Source of the DNA: the human T2T-CHM13v2.0 reference genome, Homo sapiens
Assembly: GCF_009914755.1 (NCBI RefSeq)
Contig: NC_060936.1
Length of the DNA: 64,000 bases
Direction: 5' to 3' (one strand)
Below, in pieces: positions 1 through 13,000 of the stretch (positions are counted from its first letter, which is position 1; each line of letters begins with the position of its first letter). A program made the position numbers and the translations under genes. A model generated the notes under the pieces. The model saw nothing but the letters and a program-made list of their open reading frames with translations, was not told the origin of the DNA and searched no databases.

Positions 1-1482
1 TATATTCTTCAATCCCTTTATTTTCAGTCTATATGTATCTTTACAGGTGAAGTGACTGGAGTCAAAATCTCAGAAGTCTTCCTGGTGGTCTATTGTTTTG
101 CAGCTGAGCTGGCATACAAACCACTAGATGCAATACCTGCCACTCTTCTCTCCGCTTTCCAAAAGCAGTGGAACCTCAACCCATAGCCACTGCCACCCTG
201 GCTGTGAGGAGCACTGCCAGACTACTGCCTATGTTCCTTTAAGGCCCAAGGTCTCTTAAGTCAGACTGTAGTGAATTCTGCCTGGCCTGAGACTCACCCT
301 TCAGGGAAGTAGGCTCTCCTCTGGCCCAGGACAGGTCCAGAAATGTCTTCCAAGGGCCAAATCCTGGAATAGAAAACCCCAAGAGTCTGCTTTGTGTTCT
401 ACTCCACTGTGGCTGTGTTGCTACCTAAGATGCAAGACAAAGTCCCCTTTATTTTCCCTCTGCTTTTCTCAAGCAAAAGGAGTGTTGCTTCACAGCCACC
501 ACAGCTGGTAATGTGCCGAGTCTCACCTGAAGCTAGCAAGTCTCAGAGACTCACTAAGGCCCTTGATGTAGTACCTGAGTATTGCTGCTGGTTATTCATA
601 GCCCAAGGGCTCTTCAGTTAGCAGACAATGAATGCTGCCAGGACTTGATCCTTTTCTTCAAGGCAGCAAGTCCCCTCTGACCCAGGGTGTGTCTAGAAAT
701 ATCTGGGAGCTAGGGCGTGGAATGGCGACCTCATGACTGTGTTTGGTGCCCTATCCTACTGTGGTTGAGCTGATATCCAAGATGCAAGACAAGTCCTCCC
801 CACTCTTCCCTCTTCTCTCCTCAAGCAGAAGGAAGGGGTCTCTTTTGGAGCCATGAGCTGTGCCACCATGGGTTAGGGGAGGGGTGATGCCAGCACTTCT
901 TTTCCTGCCCCAACTGGTGTCTCAGTATGTCATGTCTCCCCCAGTCCACTGTCTCTGGTCCTACTTCAGCCCTAGAGCTCACCTAAGAGTTGCCATCCTT
1001 ATGGTCTAGACTGCCTTTCCAGTTTATGTAGAGATTGAGAGCACTTTGGCCCTTGGTGGTCCAGGTTTGGACTGCTGATATCGGTGATTCCCCTCTGGCT
1101 AGCGCTGGTTTAAATGTTCCCTCTGTGTGTGGACATCAGCTGAGTTTGGTTTGGCTTTCCTTCCTGCTCTAACAGGATAGCACTGAGTTCAATGAGTCAT
1201 AAATTGCTGTCTTCTCCTTCTGTCAGAACCCAGAGATGCTCTCCGCATGAGGCTGCTGCTGCTCAGGGTCATGATGGGAGATTCAAGACTGTGTTTTCTA
1301 TCTCTTCAGTGTCTCTTTCAGTGATATGAAGTGAAAACCAGGTACTCTGAGAGTTCACCTGATTTTTGGTTCTTATGTAGGTGTTTTTTCTGTGTAGATA
1401 GTTGTTAGTTGTTAACTTGGTGTACTTGTGGTGGGGGGCGACAGGTGGAGCTTACCATTCCACCATCTTGCTCCACCTCTCT
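1..1482 (-). mobile_element. Old L1 (L1M/L1PB-like) 5' region, antisense; truncated at window edge
   Basis: ccatcttgctccacctc at ~1461-1477 is the reverse complement of the L1 5'-end motif GGTGGAGCAAGATGG. An internally repeated motif (aagatgcaagacaa) occurs at ~427 and ~779. Subfamily is uncertain. Confidence 0.65.
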
Positions 1483-1544
1483 CCTATACTGAATTCTTGC
1501 TTGGAGTTTTCATTTTGTTTTTCTGATTTTTTATTATCTTAATT

Positions 1545-1945
1545 TTAAAAAAATGCATTAAAATTCATGCTTTTTAGCATCGTTTGATGAGTTTTGACAA
1601 ACGATAAAGTTATATAGCTGCCAATGAAATAAAGATTTAGAATATTTTCGTCACCCCAAAAGTCCTGTGTGCCTTTTAAGTCAGCCCCTTTCATCACCCC
1701 TAGTCCTTGGCAACCATTGGTCTGGTTTTGTTCTCCATAGTTTTACCATTTCTAAAGTGACTCATAAATGGGTACATACAGATTGTGACTTTTTGTTTCT
1801 GACTTCACTTAGCATAAAACATTTTGAGAGTCATTTACATTGTTGCATGTTATCTGTAGCTCAGTTACTTTTATTTCTGAGTAACATTCTGCTGGATGTG
1901 TGGACTATGGTTTGTCTACCCAATTACAATTAAAAGATTGCCTGG
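1545..1945 (-). mobile_element. Old L1M (L1MD/ME-like) 3' fragment
   Basis: Degenerate antisense L1M 3'UTR motifs (gatgagttttgacaaac...tagaatattttcgtcaccccaaaagt...ttcacttagcataa). Confidence 0.6.
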
Positions 1946-2229
1946 ATTTTGAGTAAAATTATCACCCTCATGAAAATGACTTTCCCTTATGTGTTCCTCT
2001 CCTTGATCATTCACCAACCTTTTGTTCTGCACACAGTTCTCTAGGATCTATCATATGCAGATATTGTTACCTTGTTGTCTCTTATTTGTTGTTCCCTACA
2101 AAAAGTGGACGTGAACCTAGGGTAAAGTTTAATATCTCACCTTAGACAATTAAACCAAAACATTAAAATAAACATTTTATATTTCAATATTTGATGGCAC
2201 AATTACCATTGGCAATTATTCTACTTTAT

Positions 2230-3900
<1,671 letters not shown>

Positions 3901-6900
3901 AATCATCGCTGTGAACGGACGGTGGCAGTGGTGAAAGAGAGAGAGAAAGAAAAGGTTGCGGCCAAGGACAAGCAGGGCCCAGTGAAGACTTTCTTTCCTT
4001 CAGTTGTAAAGTTATGAACATGGTTAAAAACCCAAAGGATGGAATCCATCAAAATAGCACAGAAAAGGCTGGAAGTAATGAGCTCCCGAAAATAGGTGGT
4101 AAAATTTTCTTTATATGGTCGTTGAGAGGGAGAGAGAGACCATTCCTTGTACTCAACAAGACAGAAATGAATTGAATATGGGTTGGAATTATGTTTACTG
4201 TCAAGGAAGATAAAAAAGTTGTCACCTCTGTTTCCTCTCTAAGGTAGAAGGTGAAGCCAAAACACTGAAAAGTTTTCCAGGGCAGAGGGTTGAAGCTTTG
4301 AGATGAGTAGAAAAGGCAGAAAGTGGTCACTGTAGAGTGAGATAGTGAGTTAACAGAGAATGGCCATAGGCTTCACATATGTTGATCCCTGATCAGATTT
4401 CACTCAAATCATCCTCTTGAGATACATTAAATGCTTACTCTTATAATTTTTCCACATTATCAAATTATTAACCAAAACAGGTGAAATCTCTACATATAAC
4501 CCCCACTCCCAAACTGCTTCTCTTACAGATATTCACACTAAGCAAGTGTATCTAGAAATGTGTGACTTTCCTGTTTTGCCTTCTCTTTTTGTGTTTTGAT
4601 GAGGAGGATGTTTTAGTTTTCCCTTGGGCACTTCATTTTCTCTAGAATTACTGTGCCTTCTTTAAATTTTTTCTTCTATGTCCCTCTGCTAAGACAGGTA
4701 ATAACATCAATCTATCAGTGGCATCCCCTCATCTCTTCAGAGTATGGTCTTCTTTACCCCTTCTCTCACAGTTAAATTTGAATATATCATTAGCTTTGTA
4801 ATTTCAGCATAAAATTGATTTGGTGTGATTGATTTGAAGTATGATTGTCAATGCAATGTTGTTATACCTGCTATAGTACTATAACTGCTGAGGTAAAACC
4901 CTTAGCAGTTAAGGCAGTGGATTTTCAAAATATGCGATTAATGTTTTCATAGTTTTTACATAGCACCTGAAATCACCATCACCAAATTTTTCATAATTAG
5001 ATATTGGTAGCTGTTTTTAAGTGGCACATATGTAGGCACTATGTGTGACACTGAGTTGACTGTAAATGTTGCATTGCACCTTTAATTTGAGGGGAAGTAA
5101 AGAAGGAAGGGAAGGAAGCATCAGCAGATACCATTTCCACTTAGCAAACACTATGTCTTGCTTTAGCTATAAATTACACTCAGGTTCTATTCTTGCTTTT
5201 CATGCCAAGCTAAAGTGAATCACTCAGTGCAGTGATGCTAATACTTTAAATTATAGTTAGCCAAAAAACCTAGTTATGAAGAAAAGCTAAATTAGTAAAT
5301 GATAGCAATGTCTGGAACATTCAGAAAAAATATTTTAGAAGTTCATTAGTCAAGGCATTTCATATAAATAAAATATGAGATAAAATCATATAACTTAAGG
5401 CTAATGCCTTTTATTAAAGTTTTAGAGCAATTAAATGAAATGCTAGCAACAAACAGAATCCTAGTATATGACTGAATGAAGGTATAATATCTAAAAACAC
5501 GACAATCTGCATTTCTAATGTAGGGCTGTTTATCCTATAGCCTGTAATTTGTGTCCAGTGATATATATCTGCATATCTGCTCACACTTTCTATGTATGTT
5601 TCCTTATTTCTTTAAGTATATAATTTTGTGTTGTAAGACATATCTTGTAATGCAATATTCTTATTTGATTTTCTTTAAGACATGTAAGAGTCAAGTACAA
5701 GTAAGATAGGTCTCTTAATAGGAATCTTTTGCGGCGGGAGAGGGGAATATAATGGGAAAAGACTCTCCAAGTAAAAGCAAAAATGACCTTCTTTAGCGTA
5801 TTTCCACTGTTTTTCAAGTGCAGCAAGAGTAATAAGTCTTGGCAGTTGGAACATGCCATTCACCTGAGGGCTGTCAATCGTTCTCATTTTGAAAGACACA
5901 AAACTTATGAATTGTCAACACATCATTTAGGTGAGAAACCAGTGCTCATCAAGAGAAAAAATTAAAACAAATGCTCAAATAAATAGAAAATCAAAATGCT
6001 TCCTGGTCATTTTCTTCCAAGAGCTTAATACAGATAATCTACAGTTCATATGCTATAAAAATTGTAACATGTGAGATATGGACAACAAACTGAATGGCTA
6101 TTACTTTTCCAATGGAATAGAGTCTAGAGAACAATTGCTTGAATTTTTCTTTCTATTCCATATAAAGTAAATTATTTGTCATTGAGCATCCCCCATAAAT
6201 ACAATTATCTAATACTGAAACTGCTGACAGCCTTGTAGGCTATTTCAGTAGTGGAAGCCAGGACTAAACACACTCAACTACATTAGAGGTTGTCCCTGGA
6301 GGACAGAATTGAGCTTCATTGGCAAGGGCACCGTAAGAGTTCCATTTGACTCCTCATTAAACCTCTCACAGGGATTCTAGCTGCTTCTCTGTGTCTGCGC
6401 TTGCTTTTCTATAGAAGAGATAGATGTGAACCACGTAGGCAAAGATACATTTCTACATATTTAGGAAAAGATCGCTTTTCTTGGTAAAAACTAAGCCTCC
6501 TATAGATTTTAAAAAGACCTTCCAGTTTCATGATCATTAACCACCTTTTTATAATTTTCAAAGGAAGTAGAGAGCTTTATTTCAATTTGTGAGAACTTAT
6601 TTTTCAATGCTTGTTTTATGGCATGTCAGAGATATTATTATTTTTCTGTGTTTATTTTTTCTCCAGGAAAAGTAGCATTAGGGGAAAACAGTTGGTGATA
6701 ATGATCTCAGCCTTCTTTACCTAACAATGTGGTTGTCATAATGAAATCTGGACCAATATGTAGAAGCAATTGGTGAAACATAAATTACTATATGCACTGT
6801 ATGTTGCCCCTGGCTGTTTTGTTGATTTGGAGTCTTGAAAATAGCATAATAAGATTTATCATACTTTGGAAGTATTGTATTGAAAAACCAGTCAATAGCT

Positions 6901-7217
6901 CAAAGAAACACAAAACATGCTCTATGAATTGAAAACCCCACACTGTGGATGACACAGCATTCACATTCTTTATGAGAATCTCTTCTAGGACACTGTTATG
7001 GTTTAAGTGCAATAAAAACAAATGAAAGTATTTTATCCAGCAATAGCAATGTAAAATACTTTTCTCTAGAGAGGAAATTTTCTGTGATTATAAAATAATA
7101 CTTTCAGTCTTCAGCCCATCTAACCACAATGTTACTAATAAAATAACAACAATGCCAATTACTAATGCTTTACTACTTACTGTTTACTGTTATTGTTCCT
7201 CCAAAGTGGTCCACATA

Positions 7218-7257
<40 letters not shown>
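7218..7257. repeat. (TA)n microsatellite
   Basis: Direct reading; one interruption (tac). Confidence 0.95.
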
Positions 7258-7927
7258 GCACAAAGACAGAAAGAGCTGAACAAATTGTGATGTATGACTA
7301 AGAGAAAAACAGAAAGACGCAGCAGAATATGATTATTTAAAAGGGAGCCTCATTGTGAAAGTTCTTTTAGCATTTACAAGATTAATTTATGATCAGAACT
7401 GCTTTAAACGCCCTACGCACATCAGGCAAGGCTATATCCATGTATACACACAGACATATGCATACACACAAATGAATATCATCATACAGACCCATAATTC
7501 ACAGACACATTTTAAAATTAAATGCTACTCCAAAGAGAAATTGTTGGCATCCTGTGAGTGTGATTGTTGCCCTTGGCCTATATATATCTTATGTTCTAGA
7601 GATTAGATCACTTTACAGCCACTTCTGAGGGCGAGTGGGAATAAAATGCTGCTTCAGGAGCGTCAAAATAAAAAGAAAACATATTAAACCAAAGTTCCTA
7701 TAAGTGCAATCCCAAGGATTAAATGTTCAGATAGCCCGTAAGTCTAACCCAGAGGGAGGGAGGAGCAGTTAACATTTTCTCAAAAGAAAGAAAATGTCCA
7801 AACCAATGATGAGTGGACATGAGGGACCTGAAGAGAGCATGTGATGGGAATGTGAAAACAAAAGAAGCTTCTAAAAGAAGACACCAAGGATAATATTCTC
7901 ACAAAAATTCAGACCATCATTCTATAT

Positions 7928-8192
7928 TTTCATGCATATGAATTTTGGTACATATTTCATGCATATGAAATTTGGTACATATATACATATATGTACCATG
8001 CATATACATATGCGTACATATACATATACGTATGCATACACATATGTATCTATGTACACACATACACATATGTGTACACACATATGTACATGCACACACA
8101 TATGTGTACACATATGTACATGCACACACATGTGTGTACACATATGTACATGTACACATATGTGTATATGTACACATGTGTATATATACATA
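7928..8192. repeat. 27-bp tandem duplication followed by a complex (CA/TA/TG) alternating purine-pyrimidine minisatellite
   Basis: tttcatgcatatgaa(t/a)tttggtacata x2 (7928-7981), then ~30-bp units like catatgtgtacacatatgtacatgcacaca. Confidence 0.9.
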
Positions 8193-8675
8193 TTCACACT
8201 TATGTAAACATATTCAATCTAAAGCTTCCTTAAGACACATACAAACAACAACCAAATGATTAGTGTTTGGCCATTGCTCATGCAGCAAAAGCTGAGTAAA
8301 CACAGCTCTGGATCCTTTTCTCAGGCCACCACTCCCTAGCTGTGTGACTGACAAAGTCTATGCCTGAACACCTACATTCATGACCAGGGTGGCCTTTCCT
8401 GTCTCCTGTTGCCCAAGCATGTCTCAGGTATAAATAAGTTCCAATACTGACAGGGCACAGCAAGGGTAATTTACATGACAATAAGAAATGATTTCTATCT
8501 GAACAGTGCATACCAGAGTTGATTTCGACAGACTTATCTTTAAAAAAATACACATAACAAAAAAGGAGACAAGTAGTAGATTGGGGACCCACAGCTTGAA
8601 AGTCGTTGCTTGTGATTCTAAAACATCCCAGTAAAATTATTCACAGATAATTGTTTAAAAATATAACTGTACATA

Positions 8676-9095
8676 CCGTTGACACTTGGACAACACAGAG
8701 AATCACGTAGTTGAAAATCCACATATAACTTTGAACTCATCAAAACCTTAACTACTAATAGCCTACTCTTGACCGGAAACCTTACTGATAACATAATAAA
8801 CAGTTGATTAACACACATTTTGTGTTGTATGTATTGTATACTGTATTCTTACAATAAAGTACGCTAGAGAACAGAAAATATTATTAAGAAAACCATAAAG
8901 AGGAGAAAATACATTTATATTCATTGAGTGGAAGTGAATTATCATAAAAGTCTTTAACGTCATCCTTTTCAGGCTGAGCAGGCAGAGGAGGAGGAAGAGG
9001 GTTTGGTCTTGCTGTCTCAAGGCTGGCAAAGGTGGAAGAAAATCTGCATATAACTGGACCCAACAGTTCAAACCCGTGTTGTTCAAGGGTCATAC
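8676..9095. mobile_element. Tigger2a-type (TcMar-Tigger) non-autonomous DNA transposon
   Basis: Terminal inverted repeats ccgttgacacttggacaacac (8676) and gtgttgttcaagggtca (9076-9092), TA before the left end, ~420 bp long. Confidence 0.85.
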
Positions 9096-9774
9096 ATGTA
9101 AAATACTGTGATTTTTCCCCCTTCTATATTCAGCTTCAGGTGACCCGACACACTTTGGTATCAAAAGAGAATCTGAAATGTACAAGAACTGCGGATTTCA
9201 AATGGAAAAGGTGCATAATTGTGCTATTTGTTCCTGGGTGAGTGTGGGACGGAGACGGTGAGAGTGTTGAAATGGGATGGAGATAATGGAAGCAGTGGGG
9301 AAGGAGAGAAAATACCCTTCCTATCACACACACTCACACACTCACACTACACACTATTTCTACAGTCACAACTACCCAACTGTTATTGATCCTTTATAAC
9401 TGCAATTGAGTACAGATGTAGGAAGATTGAGAGGGAACTGGGATCTGGCGCCTGGATTGCTCAAGAGAGGTCAGGGAAACCCCTCAGAACTCCTGAGACC
9501 CAGAGATTGAGGGAGGGGTTGAGGCGGAGTCTGCAATGGGGGCTGTCCAGCAGTAGCAAGCAGCGGGCCGATCCTGGTGGAGGGTTGGGAGGCTGCTGTC
9601 ATTTTATGGGTCGGCAGCCAGAGTGAGAGTGTCCCTGCTGCCAGAGGACTACGGCGGGCTGGGCGCGGGGTCCCCGCCTCTCGCTCACCACACAGACCCC
9701 GCGCCTCCTCTGGCAGCCGCGGTGGTGGCGGCGGCAGAGCCTCGCCCACTCCAATCCCCACCCTCTCCATCCTT

Positions 9775-9993
9775 AGTCATTAAAGAACAGCAGCGCCTGG
9801 CACGTTCTTGGAGGACCCCGGGCGCAGAGGAGGAAAGGGAGCAGGCGCAGGGGGACTGGAAAGGCAGCATGCGCTCGCCAGGAGCAACCTCGGCGCCCAG
9901 GGTCTGAGGCTGCAGCCCCAGTTCGCCATTGTGAGCCGCCGCCGGGGGAGTCCGCTAGCGCAGCCGTGCCCCCGAGTCCCCGTCCGCGCAGCG
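9775..9993 (+). other. PTPRO: Probable PTPRO 5' UTR (TSS approximate)
   Basis: Initiator-like ttAGTC at 9773-9778 upstream of the ATG. The exact start is inferred, and CpG-island promoters have dispersed TSSs. Confidence 0.5.
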
Positions 9994-10068
9994 ATGGGGC
10001 ACCTGCCCACGGGGATACACGGCGCCCGCCGCCTCCTGCCTCTGCTCTGGCTCTTTGTGCTGTTCAAG
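9994..10068 (+). CDS. PTPRO: PTPRO coding exon 1 (signal peptide of receptor-type tyrosine-protein phosphatase O, GLEPP1)
   Basis: Translates to [25 protein letters not shown], recognised as the PTPRO N-terminus. Strong Kozak context (gcgATGg), hydrophobic h-region, and donor AAG|gtaggg at 10068/10069 (phase 0). Confidence 0.96.
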
Positions 10069-13000
10069 GTAGGGGAGCTCCTCCACCCCTTTTTCCCAGC
10101 GGTCCGGGCGGCAGCCGCGCTCCGGCGCCCTCGCTCTGCCGTTGGGAGCGGCGCGCCCCAGGGCACGATGGCCCAGCCGCGGGAAGCGCCTGCCGTGCAG
10201 CCTGGGCGCACGCTTTGTTGTCCTCGCGTGTGCGTGTTCCTGGTGGTCTTGAGAGGTAGGGGGCGGGGGGAAGAATAAGGGAAGTTTGCTCCCTCCGGCT
10301 TTCGCCCTTTGTGCTCTTTTATCGCTGCTGAAATCCACATCAAAGGTGGGCTTGTTGGATCGTGCTTTCTCAGGCAAAATGAGGTCACTTTCTTTTCTGG
10401 TTTCCACTGCACCCCAACGCTGCTTAACCTTTCCGCCCTCCCTCGCACAGAATGCTTTGTCTTAATTTTCCTTACTGCTGGAATTATACACTGGAGAGTG
10501 GAGGGGGACTGAGCTCCCTGGACACAAATGGACTGCCAGGGCTACGTTAGGGCAGAATTTTCTTTGAATAAGGAGTGTCAGGTAGAGAGCTTGGTAAGGA
10601 TTCCTCTCCCCAACTCCTATCAACATCTTTACAATTCCTTTTAAAAAGTCTCCAGACTTTCTCCACTATATTTACAGATGATATTACCCCTAGATTTAAT
10701 GGTGGAAAAATATATAATAATAAACTTTTTCGTATCTTCTTTGGAATGTGCTACCCTGAGGTTTTACTTTGAGAAAAATGAAAAGCAAAGGAGTTGCTTT
10801 TGAAAAATCAGTTTGACAACTATACTGTACATAAATTTTTTTGAAGAAATGTCAGCTAGATGTTTTCTTGGACGGCGATGTGAAGTTCTGAAGTGATTGT
10901 CTATCACTCATGTCTTCAGTGGATCTACTTTAGTTCTGTTGTTAGTCTTTTCCTCTCTCCGCAAAGCAAACTCAAGAATGTCGACAGGTGACTTGGAGCT
11001 ATCCTTTCAGGACCACAGTGATACCTTCCCTAGAAATGGATGCCAGGTTAATGGATCCAAAGGTTTTCTTATTATAGAGTCACTTCTTGCTTATATGCAC
11101 CATTAATTATGAATGCCTAAAAAGAATATAATGGAACAGGACCAATGGATTAAGAACAGCATTACTTTTAAATACTCCATATTTTCATTTATCTTAATGA
11201 AAAATATAAAAAAAATTCAGGGAGAAACAGCAACAGAATGCCTAAGTAAGACCTTAAAATATATTTAATATGTTTTAACATTTTTTCTTAAATTATCAAT
11301 AATCATTAATTTTAAAGTATGGTAAATAATAAGCTCAGTTATATGTTTTTACTGTAGGAGGTTGTTCTTTCATACACATCATAAATGCATTAGACTTATT
11401 AGGTTGTCTATTAGTCGTTTTCTAACTATTTATCAAACTGTCACAACTATTTTACCTATGCAATAATTGTCATGAACCAAAAATTAGAAACCAAGTCACT
11501 ATGCATTTTACGAGCAACAGCTAAGAGTTATATGTATGACATCTGATCCAAACCTAACGTTTAGCACAACTGCAGGTTTTTGCGTGAGTTCTTCATAATG
11601 AGATAATTCCAGAAATAAGAGAATGACTTGGTTGGGAGTGGGGGTAAGGTTTTGCAATTAAAATAAAATAAATGTGGCCATTGTTTGACTTAAAACTCGA
11701 TATTGGAATGAGAAAATGCAGTTAGTGATGGTGTAATGAAAATGTTAGTGATTGTCATAGAGGTCCAGCCTGCTTCACATAATAGGTATATTCCTGAACA
11801 TTGCAGGTAAATGTAAATTATGGCAAACTGCTTCCATAGTAAATACATTGGCAAAGTTTGCCATTTAAATAATAATTATTGTAGTGGGACACATAATTTT
11901 GTAAGAAAAATCATTTTCCTTTATTTTATGTGAATGTAATATTTTTGTCACCTGAATATAAACTATATCAGAGGAAAGAAGAAAAAACTGTATATATTAA
12001 ATACCTTCTATGTGCTGGTTTTTTAGGCATTTTACATACGTTATTTCATTTAATCCTATTTTGCTGCAGTTGACAAGAGTTGTTCAAAAAAAATGGTAAA
12101 TTGGGCACACAGTGTAATATCTTACATTTAGAGGATAGTATATTACATGGTGCGTTGGGCACATGGTATAATCTCTTTATAATTTGGAGATATTTTTGAA
12201 TTAAAGGTCCTGATTAAGTGCCAGTAAAACAGATCTACTCAAGCAGGTTGTGACTGGAGGATGAGAAAAAATTCATTATTAAATACCAAACTGCTAACTG
12301 TATCTCAATAATAAAATCCAAAATGTTCCACGTGTGCCGAGTCAGAAATGAAACATTCTCTCAACTCTCCCTTGCCAAAATAATTTCCATAGTTTTCACT
12401 ATAGTTAATACATTTTTCACTACTCCATATGTGTATCCTTTATATAAGAGTGAAAATTCTGAAGGAAAATAAGACAGAGAAATTCAAGTATGAGGCTTAA
12501 TTTACAGCTTTACATTTTCCACAACTCAAAAATAAGCAGCTGGATATCAGTGGTGGAAAAGTAGGAAAGTTTGAATGTGTATGAATGGCTATAATCAGTT
12601 CCATTGAGGGAGACTAAATGTGACTGGCCAAGAAGGTCTTTGTGCCATCGTTCCTTATCCATGGAGCAGTGATGAGCACATATAATCGGGCATCTCAGAC
12701 TGTCTAAATCATTCACTGCACATTATGAAGCTAATATCTGCATAATTTATCTTGCCTAAACACAATGTTGGTTATGAAAATTTTTATTTTTATATCAATA
12801 TTGATGGTGTATATAAAATAGAAGAAAAAATGGAACTCTGTTATTATATTGAAGGCTACTAATTTCAAAGTCTTCTATGGATGAATGCAAGTGAGGTATT
12901 TATCTGGCGAGCCTCGCTGTTGTGTGTCTTCCCATAATTCCCAGTGAAAGAAATGTAACTTCCTACACTTGTCCTATCTTTACTAAAGCCCTCCTAGAAA

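Larger units (their letters stand above)
9545..10330. promoter_or_regulatory. PTPRO: CpG island / PTPRO promoter and first exon
   Basis: Sharp rise in GC and CpG density in an otherwise AT-rich window. GC boxes (gggcgcgggg ~9661, ccccgcc ~9672, gggggcggggg ~10259) and CCAAT at 9751 surround the start codon. Confidence 0.92.

Noticed and set aside
7917-8259. Overlapping His/Cys/Tyr-rich ORFs
   Set aside because: Translations of a stop-free RY microsatellite.
9808-10278. 156-aa ORF as a single-exon gene
   Set aside because: It is PTPRO exon 1 plus in-frame UTR and intron read-through.
9780-10448. 222-aa antisense ORF over the CpG island
   Set aside because: Non-ATG start, low-complexity Arg/Ala/Pro/Gly composition and no recognisable domain; expected by chance in GC-rich DNA.
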